Shown here: one piece after another, positions 1 to 10,049 of the stretch
How the letters are laid out: the number at the start of each line of letters is the position of its first letter
Numbering within the stretch: position 1 is the stretch's first letter
NCBI GenBank assembly: GCA_017883265.1
Contig: JADGNX010000001.1
Coordinates: forward strand, 812-64,811
From: Thermoanaerobaculia bacterium
GTDB taxonomy: Bacteria; Acidobacteriota; Thermoanaerobaculia; Gp7-AA8
DNA length: 64,000 nucleotides
Direction: 5' to 3'
The notes under the pieces: model-generated
Database searches by the model: none
What the model was told of the DNA's origin: nothing
Seen by the model: only the letters and a program-made list of their open reading frames with translations
Program-made: the position numbers and the translations under genes

Positions 1-170
1 GTTCGTGCTCCTGCGCCTGCCAGTACGTCCGTCCCTTCGCCTGGAAGCTGATACGGCGTGAGCGTCCGGTTGTACGCGCTGCTGCGAGGTCCAGGGTTTG
101 GTCCGTGCGATGGGGCAGGCCTTGACGCCTACCGGCCCTGGCCCGCGACGGCCGAGCTAATCTCGCGCCA

Positions 171-2885
171 TTGCGCGGAGGGCGTGCAACCCATAAGCTA
201 CAGCGGCGAATGAGCGACGAGGAGAATCTGGACGCCCAGCAACTGGCCATGCTCGTCAAGCGCCTTGACCGGCAACGGCGTGCACGAAACGCTGCCGACG
301 CTATCTCCGAGCAGGCCACCGGAGAACTAACGTATGACCGTCAGCAGCATCTCAAACTGCTCCAGGCAGTGGCGGTTGCAGCGAACGAGTCCCCTTCGCT
401 GGATGACGCGCTGCAGGCCGCGGTCGACGAGGTCTGCGCGTACTTTGGCTTTCCCGTCGGGCACGCTTATCTGGCCATCGGCAACTCGTCGATTCTGGCG
501 TTGAGCGACATCTGGTTCGTCGGGGACTTCGCACGCTTCGAGCAGTTTCGCCTGGCTGTGGAGATGACGCTCATCGCTCCCAGGACCAGCGTAGCCGGCC
601 GCGCGCTGACTCAACGCGCGCCAGCCAGCTCGTCGGAGCTGGACCGCGTCCTGCCGCCCCCACTGGCGGCGGCCGCGAAGGATGCCGGGCTGGCTGCCGC
701 ATTCGCCTTTCCTGTGATTGGCATCGACGCTCCGGTCGCGGTCCTCGAGTTCTTCGCCACCGAGCCCTTCGTACTCGACGAAGGGATGGACGACGTCATC
801 AGGCGCGTGGGCGACCTTCTCGGCAAAGTCCACGTCCGGACCATGGCTCAGGCCACCTCCAGCAGCTCGCCCGAACAGTATCGACTTCTCTTCGAGGGAA
901 ATCCGAATCCGATGTGGATCCATGATGCCGAATCGTTTGAACTGATTGCCCTCAACGATGCTGCGGCCGCCCAATTCGGTTATACGCGCGACGAGTTGCT
1001 GACGATGACCGTTTTTGACCTGCAGCGTCCTGCGGATCGGGCCGGCGGTCTCCCACCTCGTAGCGGTGCCCTGACTCTGCTGACTCGGGATGGCCACGCT
1101 CTCACCTTCGATGTTACCGGCTACGACATCCGCCTGCCCGGTCGCAATGCGCGCATGACGATGGCCGTCGACATCGATGAGGGCCGTCGCGCCGCGGAGG
1201 GACTGCGTGAGTCGGAACGCCGATTTCGCGAGATGCTCGACACCATCGAGCTTGCGGCGGTCCTTCTCGACGTGGTGGGCCATGTGACGTACTGCAACCC
1301 CTACCTCCTCCACTTGACCGGCTTCGGCAAGGATGAAGTCCTTGGAAACAATTTCTTTGAGCTGTTCCTGCCAGAGGAGAGACGAGATCAGGGAGCGAGA
1401 AACTTCGCATCCAATATCGGCGCCGGCATGATCGCCTCGCACGATGAATCGGAGATCGTCACGCGGCACGGTGAACGCCGCACGATCCTCTGGAACAACA
1501 CCGTTCTGCGCAACTCTCAGGGAAGCATCCTCGGAACGGCCAGTATCGGCTCCGATGTCACCGAGCAGCGCATCGCCGAGAAGCAGCTGGTCTACAACGC
1601 CTTCCACGACTCACTCACCGGCCTGCCCAATCGGGCGCTCTTCCTGGACCGGGTTTCCCATGCCCTCAACCGGGTCAAGCGTGACGGCGGCCAGAACTTC
1701 GCCGTCCTGCTGCTGGACGTCGATCACTTCAAGAACGTGAATGACAGCCTGGGACACGCCATGGGGGATCTGTTGCTCGTGGCCATCGGTGAGCGCCTGT
1801 CGCAGTCGCTGCGCGCGGCCGACACCGTGGCCAGGTTCGGCGGGGACGAGTTCACGATTCTCGTCGAGCCGGTCACCGACGCCACCGGCTCCACCCGCGC
1901 CGCCGAGCGGATCCAGCGTGCCATCGCAGCGCCATTCCTGATCGGCGAGGTCGAGATCTTCGTCTCCATCAGCGTCGGAGTCACTCTGGCCGGACCGGAG
2001 TACGAGGATCCCGGACAGATCGTCCGCGACGCCGACACCGCCATGTACAGGGCCAAGGGCCAGGGGAGAGGCCGGTCCGAGATCTTCGACGCAGACATGC
2101 GCGCCGAGGTCGTGGCTCGCTTACAACTCGAAAATGACCTGCGCCGAGCCGTCGAGCGCGACGAGCTGCGCGTTGTCTACCAACCTCTGGTCCGCCTCGA
2201 CTCGGGTCAACTGGTCGGGTTCGAGGCTCTGGTCCGCTGGCAGCATCCGCGGCGCGGTCTGGTGTCGCCGGCGGCATTCATCCCCGTCGCGGAAGAGAGC
2301 GGCCTCATCGTATCCATCGGGAAATTCGTCCTTGGTGAAGCCTCGCACCAGGCCGCGCTATGGCCCGCTGAGAGCGCGGCGGCGGCTCCCCTTCACGTCA
2401 GCGTCAACGTCTCCACGCGCCAATTCGCCAAGAGCGATCTGGTGGCCGATGTGCGCAGCGCGCTCGATGCCTCCGGCCTTCACCCTTCGCGCCTTCACAT
2501 CGAGGTGACAGAGAGTGTCATCATGCTTCAGCCGGAGGCGGCACTGAAGGTGATGAACGACGTGCGGGCTCTCGGTTGCCGTATCTCGCTCGACGATTTC
2601 GGAACAGGCTACTCATCGCTCAGCTATCTGCATCGCTTCCCGATCGATACGCTGAAGATCGACGCGTCGTTCGTTCGCAATACCAGCCGCGACACGAAGA
2701 ACGTCGAGATCATCCGCTCCATCATTGCCCTGGCCCGTGCGCTGTCCATCGAAGTCGTGGCCGAGGGAATCGAGACCATGGAGCAGCATGCGATGCTGCG
2801 GGATCTGGGCTGCCCGCTCGGTCAGGGCTATCTATTCGCCAGACCGCTTCCCCCCGACCAGGCCCTCGAATTCACCCGCAAATAG
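171..2885 (+). CDS. Multidomain c-di-GMP signalling protein with N-terminal sensory (GAF/PAS-like) regions, a GGDEF diguanylate cyclase domain and an EAL phosphodiesterase domain
   Basis: 904-aa ORF. Contains the literal GGDEF motif (RFGGDEFTIL) and EAL motif (GFEALVRWQHP), followed by the typical C-terminal EAL-domain block (DDFGTGYSSLSYL). Confidence 0.8.
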   Translation: MRGGRATHKLQRRMSDEENLDAQQLAMLVKRLDRQRRARNAADAISEQATGELTYDRQQHLKLLQAVAVAANESPSLDDALQAAVDEVCAYFGFPVGHAYLAIGNSSILALSDIWFVGDFARFEQFRLAVEMTLIAPRTSVAGRALTQRAPASSSELDRVLPPPLAAAAKDAGLAAAFAFPVIGIDAPVAVLEFFATEPFVLDEGMDDVIRRVGDLLGKVHVRTMAQATSSSSPEQYRLLFEGNPNPMWIHDAESFELIALNDAAAAQFGYTRDELLTMTVFDLQRPADRAGGLPPRSGALTLLTRDGHALTFDVTGYDIRLPGRNARMTMAVDIDEGRRAAEGLRESERRFREMLDTIELAAVLLDVVGHVTYCNPYLLHLTGFGKDEVLGNNFFELFLPEERRDQGARNFASNIGAGMIASHDESEIVTRHGERRTILWNNTVLRNSQGSILGTASIGSDVTEQRIAEKQLVYNAFHDSLTGLPNRALFLDRVSHALNRVKRDGGQNFAVLLLDVDHFKNVNDSLGHAMGDLLLVAIGERLSQSLRAADTVARFGGDEFTILVEPVTDATGSTRAAERIQRAIAAPFLIGEVEIFVSISVGVTLAGPEYEDPGQIVRDADTAMYRAKGQGRGRSEIFDADMRAEVVARLQLENDLRRAVERDELRVVYQPLVRLDSGQLVGFEALVRWQHPRRGLVSPAAFIPVAEESGLIVSIGKFVLGEASHQAALWPAESAAAAPLHVSVNVSTRQFAKSDLVADVRSALDASGLHPSRLHIEVTESVIMLQPEAALKVMNDVRALGCRISLDDFGTGYSSLSYLHRFPIDTLKIDASFVRNTSRDTKNVEIIRSIIALARALSIEVVAEGIETMEQHAMLRDLGCPLGQGYLFARPLPPDQALEFTRK

Positions 2886-2906
2886 TGGATACCAGAAGGG
2901 ACCTCG

Positions 2907-4115
2907 ATGCTCGTCGATCCTCTCCTCGAATTTCGAAGCCACTTTCCGATCCTCGCCCAGACCACCTATCTCGTTTCGCACTCTCTCGGTGCCATGCCGG
3001 CGGCCACCCGTGAGGCACTGGCTGAATATGCCGAACTGTGGGCCACGCGCGGCGTCCGGGCCTGGGGCGACCGGTGGTGGCTCATGTCCATTGAGATCGG
3101 CGACCTCATCGCTCCCTTGATCGGTGCGCCGAGGGGATCCGTGGTCATGCTTCCGAACGTGACGACGGCTGAAGCGGTCGTGTTGTCGTCTTTCGACTTC
3201 TCAGGACCCCGAAACCGCGTGGTCATCGTCGATGGAGAGTTTCCTTCGGTCCGCTACATCTACGATGGTCTGGCCCGCCGCCTCGGAGCCGACATCGTCA
3301 CGATTCCTCACGACGCGACCGGACTCGGATTCGATCTCGATCGCCTTCTCAAAGCGATCGACGAGCGCACACAGATCGTCCCGATCGCACACGTCCTGTT
3401 CGAATCCTCGTTCATGATCGATGTCGAACCGATCGCGCGTCGCTGCCGGGAGGTCGGCGCCACGCTGGTTCTCGATGTCTTCCAATCGGCCGGAATCGCT
3501 CCGGTGGAGGTAAAGCGGTGGGACGTTCCCATCGCGGTCGGAGGCGTGCTGAAGTGGCTTTGCGGCGGCCCGGGAGGGTCGTTCCTCTACGTCGACCCTG
3601 AGCTCCGTCCGAGGCTGGAGCCGAGCTTCACCGGCTGGATGGCGCATGCGAACCCGTTCGGCTTCGAGCCGCCGCCAATGCGGTTTCGAGACGATGCCTT
3701 GCGCTTTGCCCTCGGCACCCCTTCGGTACCGTCGCTATACGCAGCGCGCGAGGGGCCGAAGATCATCAGCGAGGCCTGCGGCGGAGAAATGATCCTGATC
3801 CGCAGGAAGTCTCTGCGGCAGACAGAGAAGCTCATCGCCATGGCAGATCAGCGCGGGTTCGAGGTGCGCACTCCTCGCGATACTTTGCAACGTGGCGGGT
3901 CCGTTTCGATCCTCATTCCTCACGCCAAAGAGGTCGCCGCAGAGCTCAATGCCGAGGACATCGTCTGCGACTTCCGCCCAGGCGCCGGGGTCCGGTTTTC
4001 GCCCCACTTCTACACCACGGATGAAGATCTGGACCGTGCCTTTGCCGCGGTGGACGATATCCTGCGCAGCGAGCGCTGGCATCGGCAGGACTCCAGGCAA
4101 AACATCGTGACCTGA
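2907..4115 (+). CDS. Kynureninase-like PLP-dependent enzyme (aminotransferase class V fold)
   Basis: 402 aa. N-terminal LEFRSHFP...YLVSHSLGAMP, plus KWLCGGPGGSFLYV and FTGWMAHANPFGF blocks resembling kynureninase family signatures. A GGAGG-free 20 nt gap separates it from the upstream gene. Confidence 0.55.
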   Translation: MLVDPLLEFRSHFPILAQTTYLVSHSLGAMPAATREALAEYAELWATRGVRAWGDRWWLMSIEIGDLIAPLIGAPRGSVVMLPNVTTAEAVVLSSFDFSGPRNRVVIVDGEFPSVRYIYDGLARRLGADIVTIPHDATGLGFDLDRLLKAIDERTQIVPIAHVLFESSFMIDVEPIARRCREVGATLVLDVFQSAGIAPVEVKRWDVPIAVGGVLKWLCGGPGGSFLYVDPELRPRLEPSFTGWMAHANPFGFEPPPMRFRDDALRFALGTPSVPSLYAAREGPKIISEACGGEMILIRRKSLRQTEKLIAMADQRGFEVRTPRDTLQRGGSVSILIPHAKEVAAELNAEDIVCDFRPGAGVRFSPHFYTTDEDLDRAFAAVDDILRSERWHRQDSRQNIVT

Positions 4116-4125
4116 TGCGATCAGC

Positions 4126-4611
4126 TTACGCCGGCGCTTCGTCGCCCGACGGTCCGTAGATCGACGGAACCTTCCCGCCCATCGGTCGGATATAGGCCGC
4201 CAACTGTCCGCGGTGATGAACCATGTCGAAGAGAAAGCCCCACAGATAGTCCCGCACAGAAGATTCACCGACGACCTTGCCACCCATGATGAACTTTCCG
4301 CCGCTCTCGAATTTGTGATCGTCGAGCTTCGCCAGTTTCCTGCGCAGGTCGTCGGTATGCTTCTCGTACGCGGCGACGATACCGTCGAGGGTCGCCGGCC
4401 GATCGCTCTTATCCCATCGGATCTCCCCCTTATCCACGAGGTCGCAAAGGCTCTTCTGCTCCTCGGCCAGCTGCCATGCGAGATCTCCCGCGCTTGCCGA
4501 TCGCTCATGGGGCTTGTACGAAAGCTTGTCCGCCGGCAGCGCGCGCAGGACCCGCAGGAATGCCGGCTGCTCCATCTCCCACCGTTTTGCATAGAATTCG
4601 CGAACGTTCAT
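4126..4611 (-). CDS. DinB-family (DinB_2) four-helix-bundle metalloprotein
   Basis: 161 aa with a HHRGQ motif near the C-terminus and His-rich helices typical of DinB/YfiT proteins. Confidence 0.65.
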   Translation of the reverse strand: MNVREFYAKRWEMEQPAFLRVLRALPADKLSYKPHERSASAGDLAWQLAEEQKSLCDLVDKGEIRWDKSDRPATLDGIVAAYEKHTDDLRRKLAKLDDHKFESGGKFIMGGKVVGESSVRDYLWGFLFDMVHHRGQLAAYIRPMGGKVPSIYGPSGDEAPA

Positions 4612-4795
4612 CGGTCACCTCCACTTGATTCCCGTGGCGAGAGGATACGCGAATCGCCTGCGATCTGACCGGGAGTACTGCGGAAACTTTCGGCTGCTGC
4701 TCAGGGCTGCGGCACGGCGTTCTTCCCCATTTGCCGCGGTACAGGTAACCTGACGCCGCGCGGCTGGGCGAAGCGGCGGGCGCGGGAGGCTGTCT

Positions 4796-5152
4796 GTGGA
4801 ACGGAAGGTCTATGCGGCGAAGGCGGCGTTTCCCATCCGCGAGGTCTGCTCGCGGCTCGAGGAGCGCCTGGCCCTCAGGAAGTTCCCGAAGATCGAGGTC
4901 GACGTCGAAGCGGGGACGCGATGGGAGTACGCCTCATCCGGGAACAAAGCCGTTACGCTCACCGTGACCCAGCTGGTCAAGAGCGTCAACCCGACGACCC
5001 ACAGAACGATGTGGGACGCACCTGAAAAGAACTATCAATTCATCGTCACTCTTCTACGCGATAGCGACACGACATTCGAGCGCGTAGCGCAGCAGATCGG
5101 CCTGGCTTTGGAGAGCCGGCTGGAGCCTTACCCCACCGATTGGAAGTTCTGA
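4796..5152 (+). CDS. Hypothetical protein
   Basis: 118-aa ORF in an otherwise empty gap. No recognisable motifs. Confidence 0.3.
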   Translation: MERKVYAAKAAFPIREVCSRLEERLALRKFPKIEVDVEAGTRWEYASSGNKAVTLTVTQLVKSVNPTTHRTMWDAPEKNYQFIVTLLRDSDTTFERVAQQIGLALESRLEPYPTDWKF

Positions 5153-5180
5153 AGCGCGGAACAGCCGCTCCACTCCGCTA

Positions 5181-5516
5181 TCAGACGACTGTGGTCGTTC
5201 CCAGCCGCGAGTCACCGATGAACGAGGCGAGAGTCCGAAGTGCGGATTCGACCTGCCGAGCATCGCTCGTGGCGCCGATGGAGAGACGAACGGCCTGGGA
5301 CGGACTCGAGCGGCTTACCGCAAACGATGACGCCGGGGCCACGGCGATCCCGCGCAATCGAGCACGGTCGGCGATCTCATGAGCCTCCATTCCGTGGGGC
5401 AGCATCAACCACAAGTGCGGACTCATCGGGTGCGCTGCGACGGAGAGGTGGCCGAGGCCGCCATGATCGTCATCCTCGCGGGTGTGGCGGTCATTCAGTT
5501 TGACCGCCGGCTGCAA
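5181..5516 (-). pseudogene. C-terminal remnant of a PLP-dependent aminotransferase (class I/II or MocR-type C-terminus)
   Basis: 111-aa ORF starting at TTG. LWLMLPHGMEAHEIADRARLRGIAVAPASSF...VRLSIGA resembles only the last ~100 aa of aminotransferases. The upstream in-frame sequence shows no aminotransferase similarity. Confidence 0.4.
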
Positions 5517-5556
5517 GTGGTAAGAAGAACGTGAATCCGGCTGCCCAAGGTAGGAC

Positions 5557-6279
5557 CTATTCCTTCTCGACGCTGAGGCGCGCCATCAGTCGAATGAGGT
5601 TGCGATCCTCCTCGGTCCCTTCGAGATACGTCTGGCAAAGCTCCTCGACCTCGCGCTCGGTTTCGGAGGCCGAGACTGTGAACCCTTCCGCCGGCTGCTC
5701 GGGCGTCCGGCTCCACTTTGTTTCCCATCTCCGGTCGATCAGTGTGCAGCGAAGGTAACCTCGCTCGATCGCTACGGAAGATTTCGGGAGAATCTTCTCG
5801 TCGCCCTCATCGACTGGCACGCCTCCAACCGCTGCGACGATCCCTTCCCGGAATACAGGCATGACCGGTGGGGTGGCGGGAAGCACTCCGCGCGCGTTGG
5901 CCACTTGCTCGGCCAGGGAGCGGGTCACGACTGTGGAGACCAGATCCCTCAGTGCGCTGGCCGCCTCTCCTTTGTAGTCGGTAAAGGAGAGACCCGACTG
6001 ATACACGGTCGTTCCGTCCTCCCCTTCGGCAAAGCGATGGACGCGGCAGGAGACGACCTGAGCGCTCGTCTCGATCTTCGTCTCGTTCCACTGAAACCGG
6101 AACGCCGAGGTTTTCCGGAGCTCCACGCGATTGAAATGTTCGATCCGTGCACCGATATCCGTGATGTCGAGGATGATCGCTCCCATGCCTCCGAACCTGG
6201 CGATCAATCCCCGGGTCAGCTGGATCCGGGTCTTGCTCCGCCGCTCCGAGGGACGCACGGCCCCGCTTCTCGTCAACAT
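5557..6279 (-). CDS. PilZ-domain (c-di-GMP-binding-like) protein with an unknown C-terminal domain
   Basis: 240 aa. N-terminal RRSKTR (RxxxR) followed ~25 aa later by DITDIGARI (D-x-S/T-x-x-G), matching the bipartite PilZ c-di-GMP binding signature. Lies directly downstream of the ABC/M1 gene on the same strand. Confidence 0.5.
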   Translation of the reverse strand: MLTRSGAVRPSERRSKTRIQLTRGLIARFGGMGAIILDITDIGARIEHFNRVELRKTSAFRFQWNETKIETSAQVVSCRVHRFAEGEDGTTVYQSGLSFTDYKGEAASALRDLVSTVVTRSLAEQVANARGVLPATPPVMPVFREGIVAAVGGVPVDEGDEKILPKSSVAIERGYLRCTLIDRRWETKWSRTPEQPAEGFTVSASETEREVEELCQTYLEGTEEDRNLIRLMARLSVEKE

Positions 6280-6343
6280 TCCAGCGCGATCTTACATCGC
6301 CACCCTGGCCAGGTACGTGTGGTACCGGTGACTTCCGCCGAGT

Positions 6344-9300
6344 CTAGTTTGCACCGACTTTCTTCGTGTTGTCTTCAGGATTCCGGTCGATCAGCTTATT
6401 GAGCGGATCGATCCCTCCCTTCGACGGTTTCCCGCTCACGACGAAGTCGAACGATGTCTGTCGTGCCGTGAGATGGTGCTTCTCCAGAATGAGGACCTTA
6501 TCGTCGTTCTTCGAGGAGCCGCTGGACAGCACTCCCAGGTCGATCCAGTCGTCGAGTGGCACCTCTTTCTCGTCTCCCATCCCGCTGGCGCGCAGCTTCT
6601 TCGCCTCCACCGTGGCCCGAACGTGGTATCTGCCGTCGGCCGACTTCGTCGATGTCAGCGCAACGTCCTTATTGTCGTAAAGCGTAATCGTCTCGAAGAG
6701 ATCGTGAATGATCGACTGGCGGTCGAGCGGCGTCATGGCCCGGAACTGCGCTACGAGCTCGCTGCTCCGCACATACGGCGGTCCCTTGAAGGCCCAGCGA
6801 CCGATGATGTTGCGGAGCGCGCGATTGACACCCTCTTCGCCGATGTAGTCACGGAGCGCATACATGACCAGCGATCCCTTCCGGTAATGAACGTATGCCT
6901 GATTCTCAACCAGCATCAGAGGCATCTCGGCGATCAATTCCCCTCCGCGTCCCTGCAGGTACGAGTTCAGCTCATGCGCCAGGAACTTGCGCATCTGGTC
7001 CCGACCGTATTCTTTCTCCATGACCATGAGTGCCGAATATTGGGCCATCGTTTCGGTGATCATCGTTGCTCCCTGCACCTGAGCACCGATGACCTGATGG
7101 GCCCACCATTGATGTGCGACTTCGTGAGCCGTGACATAGAAGACGTAGTCGATCGCCGTCTTGTCGCGCAGGTCGGCGATGAAGCCAATCGATTCAGAGA
7201 AAGGGATGGTATTGGGAAAGGACTGAGCGAAACGGGCGTAGCGGGGAAACTCCAGGATGCGGACCTGTTTGTGCTGGTAGGGAGAGAAGTTCGCCGTGTA
7301 GTAGTCGAGCGATCGCTTGACCCCGTCGATCATCCGGTCGACGTTGTACGGATGCTTCGCGTCGAAGTAGACCTCGATGGCCACATCCTTCCAGTGATCG
7401 CGCCTGACCTGATATCGAGCCGACAGGTACGACCAGAATCCGAGGATTGGCGATGTCGTCTTGTAGTGAAAGTAGTGGCGGCCGTTCGTGGTCCAATCCT
7501 TCTGCAGATAGCCGGGGGCGATGGCAATCTGATCCCCTGAAGTGCTGACGGTCGTGTCGAGATTGAGCCAGTCCGATTCCGAGGTCAGCTCATTGATGTT
7601 GCGCGCGACCGGATCATCGATCTTCGGCAGACGCTCGGCCGGCCCGAGACCGTACTTCTTCCGTTTGTTTCGGTCCTGCAGCTCAGCCACGGGCTGATAT
7701 GCAAGGTGGGGGAAATAAGCGAAGTTGTTGACGAAGGTGCCGTTGGCGACGATGTCGGTGTTGGCATTCGAGTTGACGAAGCCCTGACTCTCGACCTTGA
7801 CGGTGTATCGCATCGGCAGGGTCGCTCCGGCCGCCAGGGGAGGCGAGAGACGGTAGATGGTGTAGCCGAAGTTCCGGTCGTCGGAGCGAACCGCGGCGCC
7901 CGGAATGGTGATCGTATACGACGTGACGTCCGGATTCATCGAGACGTGCAGCTCCGGGATCGGGGCACCGCTCTTGTTCACGAGGGTATACGCGCCGCGG
8001 ATCTCCAGTGCCAGCCGTTCCGGATAAATGTCGACGTCGGCCCGGACGTCTGTGATCTTCGGTTGCGCCAGATACTGAAATCGCTTGTATTTCTTCTCGT
8101 ACTCAGCCGACCGCTTTTCGTTCTGGTCGGTCGTCCGATAGTGGTTGAGAATGTTGGTGTTGTAGTAGATGTAGCAGCCGCTGAAGACGAAGGCCACCGC
8201 CAGGAGCGCGAATACGGTTCGAGCAGGAGCGCCGAAGCGCGCCGCGGCAATCCGCAGTCGGGTTCGCATCGCGGTCTCGGAGCCTCGCACCCACATGAGA
8301 TGCCCGGCAACGATGAGGATGCCGCTGAATAGAAGCCAGTAGAGGTTGAACCACACCAACGGCTGCACAAAATGCCCAAAGCCGTTCATGTCCGAGTAGG
8401 GGGATGGCGGCGTCTGGGCGAAACGATAGAGGTAGTGCTCGAAGTGCATGGCCGGCAGCACCGCCAGGCTCACAAAGTACAGCAGCATGCACAGGAAGCC
8501 GACATACTTGTTGTTGGCCAGCACTTGTAGAAAGAACGCCAGCGTGGCGATCATGAACATGGGTAGAAGGCTGTCTGCCAGCAACCCTCTGGCGTAGAGC
8601 CCGAGCTCGTAGTTGTGATACCCCTTGGCGGTCTGCACGACGATGGTGGCCAGCACCGCCGTGGCCATGAGGAAGACGACCATGGCCCAGAGAGCCGCCA
8701 GCTTGCCGCCCCACACCGCGGAGCTGCGGACCGGCATCGAGTCGGTGACATCGCTCAGTTTCATCTGACGCTCGCGCCAGACGATCTCCCCCGCAAAAAA
8801 GGTCACGATGATCAGAGCGAAGAGGACGAAAGAGCCGGCGATCGTTCGCAGCATGACTCCGGTGACCGGATAGATCTTGGTATCGAACAATGAATCGGCG
8901 AAGGCAGCTCCGCCGGTCACGTTCAGCAATCCCAGAAAGAGAATGATGAGAAACGGCACGCTCTTGACGACGCTGGCCAGCTCGAGTCGGAAGGTGCTTC
9001 CGAACTGTGAAAGCCATGCACCGGCGTCGAAGCGCTGCGACGCGATCCCACTCCTGAGCGAAGCAGCGTTGTGCGGGCTCGCGGACAGCAACCCGGAATC
9101 GGCCGGCTCGGCGCCCTTCTGTTTCGACTTTCCCGACTTTCTTGGTCCGCTCTCGACGCGAAACCTCCAGACGGTGAAGACGAATACTGCGACGCCCACT
9201 CCGACCCAGAGAATCCGGTTCCAGAGAAAGATCCCTTCGAGTGGAAGCACCTTGGTATTGCGCTCGGCGACCGTCCAGTACCGCGTGGCCAGTGCGAACG

Positions 9301-9946
9301 AAGAGAGGCCGAAAGGATCGAACAGACTGGCGACCTTCTCGTACTCGAGATTGTTGCCGATGAACGAGTTGGCCACGACATAACTGACCAGAAACCCCAC
9401 CGCGCTGGCATAGGTGGCCATCGTGCTCCGCGTCAGGACGGCAACACAGAAGAAGATCGACGCGACGAGAAAAACGGTCGGGAGGACGAGCACGAAGAGC
9501 GAGTAGAGATACGGAACGAGGGTGAAGGCCCCGACCCGCTCCTTCTCCAGCCACGGCATGAAGCTGCCGATCATGATGCCTGCCACCACGCCGAGGTAGA
9601 CGAGGAAGGAGATGAAGACCGAGCCGGTGAAGCGGCCGAGGAGGTAGTCGCGCTTGCGGATTGGTGAAGAGAAGAAGAGGGAATCGGTGGACAGATCGTA
9701 GTCGCGCAGCGCGGCGTTGGACACGAATGCGGTCGTGGTGAAGACGGCGAAGACCGACATCACCAGCAGGAACTGCATGATGACGAACGGAGCGTTTCGA
9801 TGAACGTTGCCGATGCTGCCACCGATCTGCACGCTGTCGCTCGTCACCGCGCCGAAGGTCAGGAAAAAGAAGATGATCAGGCAGACGTAGAAGACGAGCT
9901 GCTTGAGGTGGTAGCGCGTTTCGAAGCGAATGAACTCCCTCAGCAT
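6344..9946 (-). CDS. Fusion protein: N-terminal ABC-2-type multi-pass permease and C-terminal M1-family zinc aminopeptidase
   Basis: 1200 aa. The first ~590 aa are dominated by hydrophobic TM segments. The C-terminal half contains the gluzincin motif HEVAHQWW with a downstream E, plus M1-like blocks. Confidence 0.75.
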   Translation of the reverse strand: MLREFIRFETRYHLKQLVFYVCLIIFFFLTFGAVTSDSVQIGGSIGNVHRNAPFVIMQFLLVMSVFAVFTTTAFVSNAALRDYDLSTDSLFFSSPIRKRDYLLGRFTGSVFISFLVYLGVVAGIMIGSFMPWLEKERVGAFTLVPYLYSLFVLVLPTVFLVASIFFCVAVLTRSTMATYASAVGFLVSYVVANSFIGNNLEYEKVASLFDPFGLSSFALATRYWTVAERNTKVLPLEGIFLWNRILWVGVGVAVFVFTVWRFRVESGPRKSGKSKQKGAEPADSGLLSASPHNAASLRSGIASQRFDAGAWLSQFGSTFRLELASVVKSVPFLIILFLGLLNVTGGAAFADSLFDTKIYPVTGVMLRTIAGSFVLFALIIVTFFAGEIVWRERQMKLSDVTDSMPVRSSAVWGGKLAALWAMVVFLMATAVLATIVVQTAKGYHNYELGLYARGLLADSLLPMFMIATLAFFLQVLANNKYVGFLCMLLYFVSLAVLPAMHFEHYLYRFAQTPPSPYSDMNGFGHFVQPLVWFNLYWLLFSGILIVAGHLMWVRGSETAMRTRLRIAAARFGAPARTVFALLAVAFVFSGCYIYYNTNILNHYRTTDQNEKRSAEYEKKYKRFQYLAQPKITDVRADVDIYPERLALEIRGAYTLVNKSGAPIPELHVSMNPDVTSYTITIPGAAVRSDDRNFGYTIYRLSPPLAAGATLPMRYTVKVESQGFVNSNANTDIVANGTFVNNFAYFPHLAYQPVAELQDRNKRKKYGLGPAERLPKIDDPVARNINELTSESDWLNLDTTVSTSGDQIAIAPGYLQKDWTTNGRHYFHYKTTSPILGFWSYLSARYQVRRDHWKDVAIEVYFDAKHPYNVDRMIDGVKRSLDYYTANFSPYQHKQVRILEFPRYARFAQSFPNTIPFSESIGFIADLRDKTAIDYVFYVTAHEVAHQWWAHQVIGAQVQGATMITETMAQYSALMVMEKEYGRDQMRKFLAHELNSYLQGRGGELIAEMPLMLVENQAYVHYRKGSLVMYALRDYIGEEGVNRALRNIIGRWAFKGPPYVRSSELVAQFRAMTPLDRQSIIHDLFETITLYDNKDVALTSTKSADGRYHVRATVEAKKLRASGMGDEKEVPLDDWIDLGVLSSGSSKNDDKVLILEKHHLTARQTSFDFVVSGKPSKGGIDPLNKLIDRNPEDNTKKVGAN

Positions 9947-10049
9947 CGGTCATCCCTGAAAGACGTTTGCGTCGTCAGCGGACCAGAGTACGGCCCCCTG
10001 AACGCCGGACGCTTCCGGCGCTTCGCCGTGCTGTCGACGAAGGTCCGTC

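Noticed and set aside
327-1607. 426-aa ORF on the minus strand fully inside the GGDEF/EAL gene. Similar long antisense ORFs occur at 8103..9953, 16417..17913, 36033..37739, 39234..40877, 43739..45328, 47691..48788, 22710..23396 and 59201..59899.
   Set aside because: These are typical stop-codon-poor antisense frames of a high-GC genome. Each is completely overlapped by a strongly supported conserved gene on the other strand, and the translated products are low-complexity Arg/Pro/Gly-rich with no motifs.
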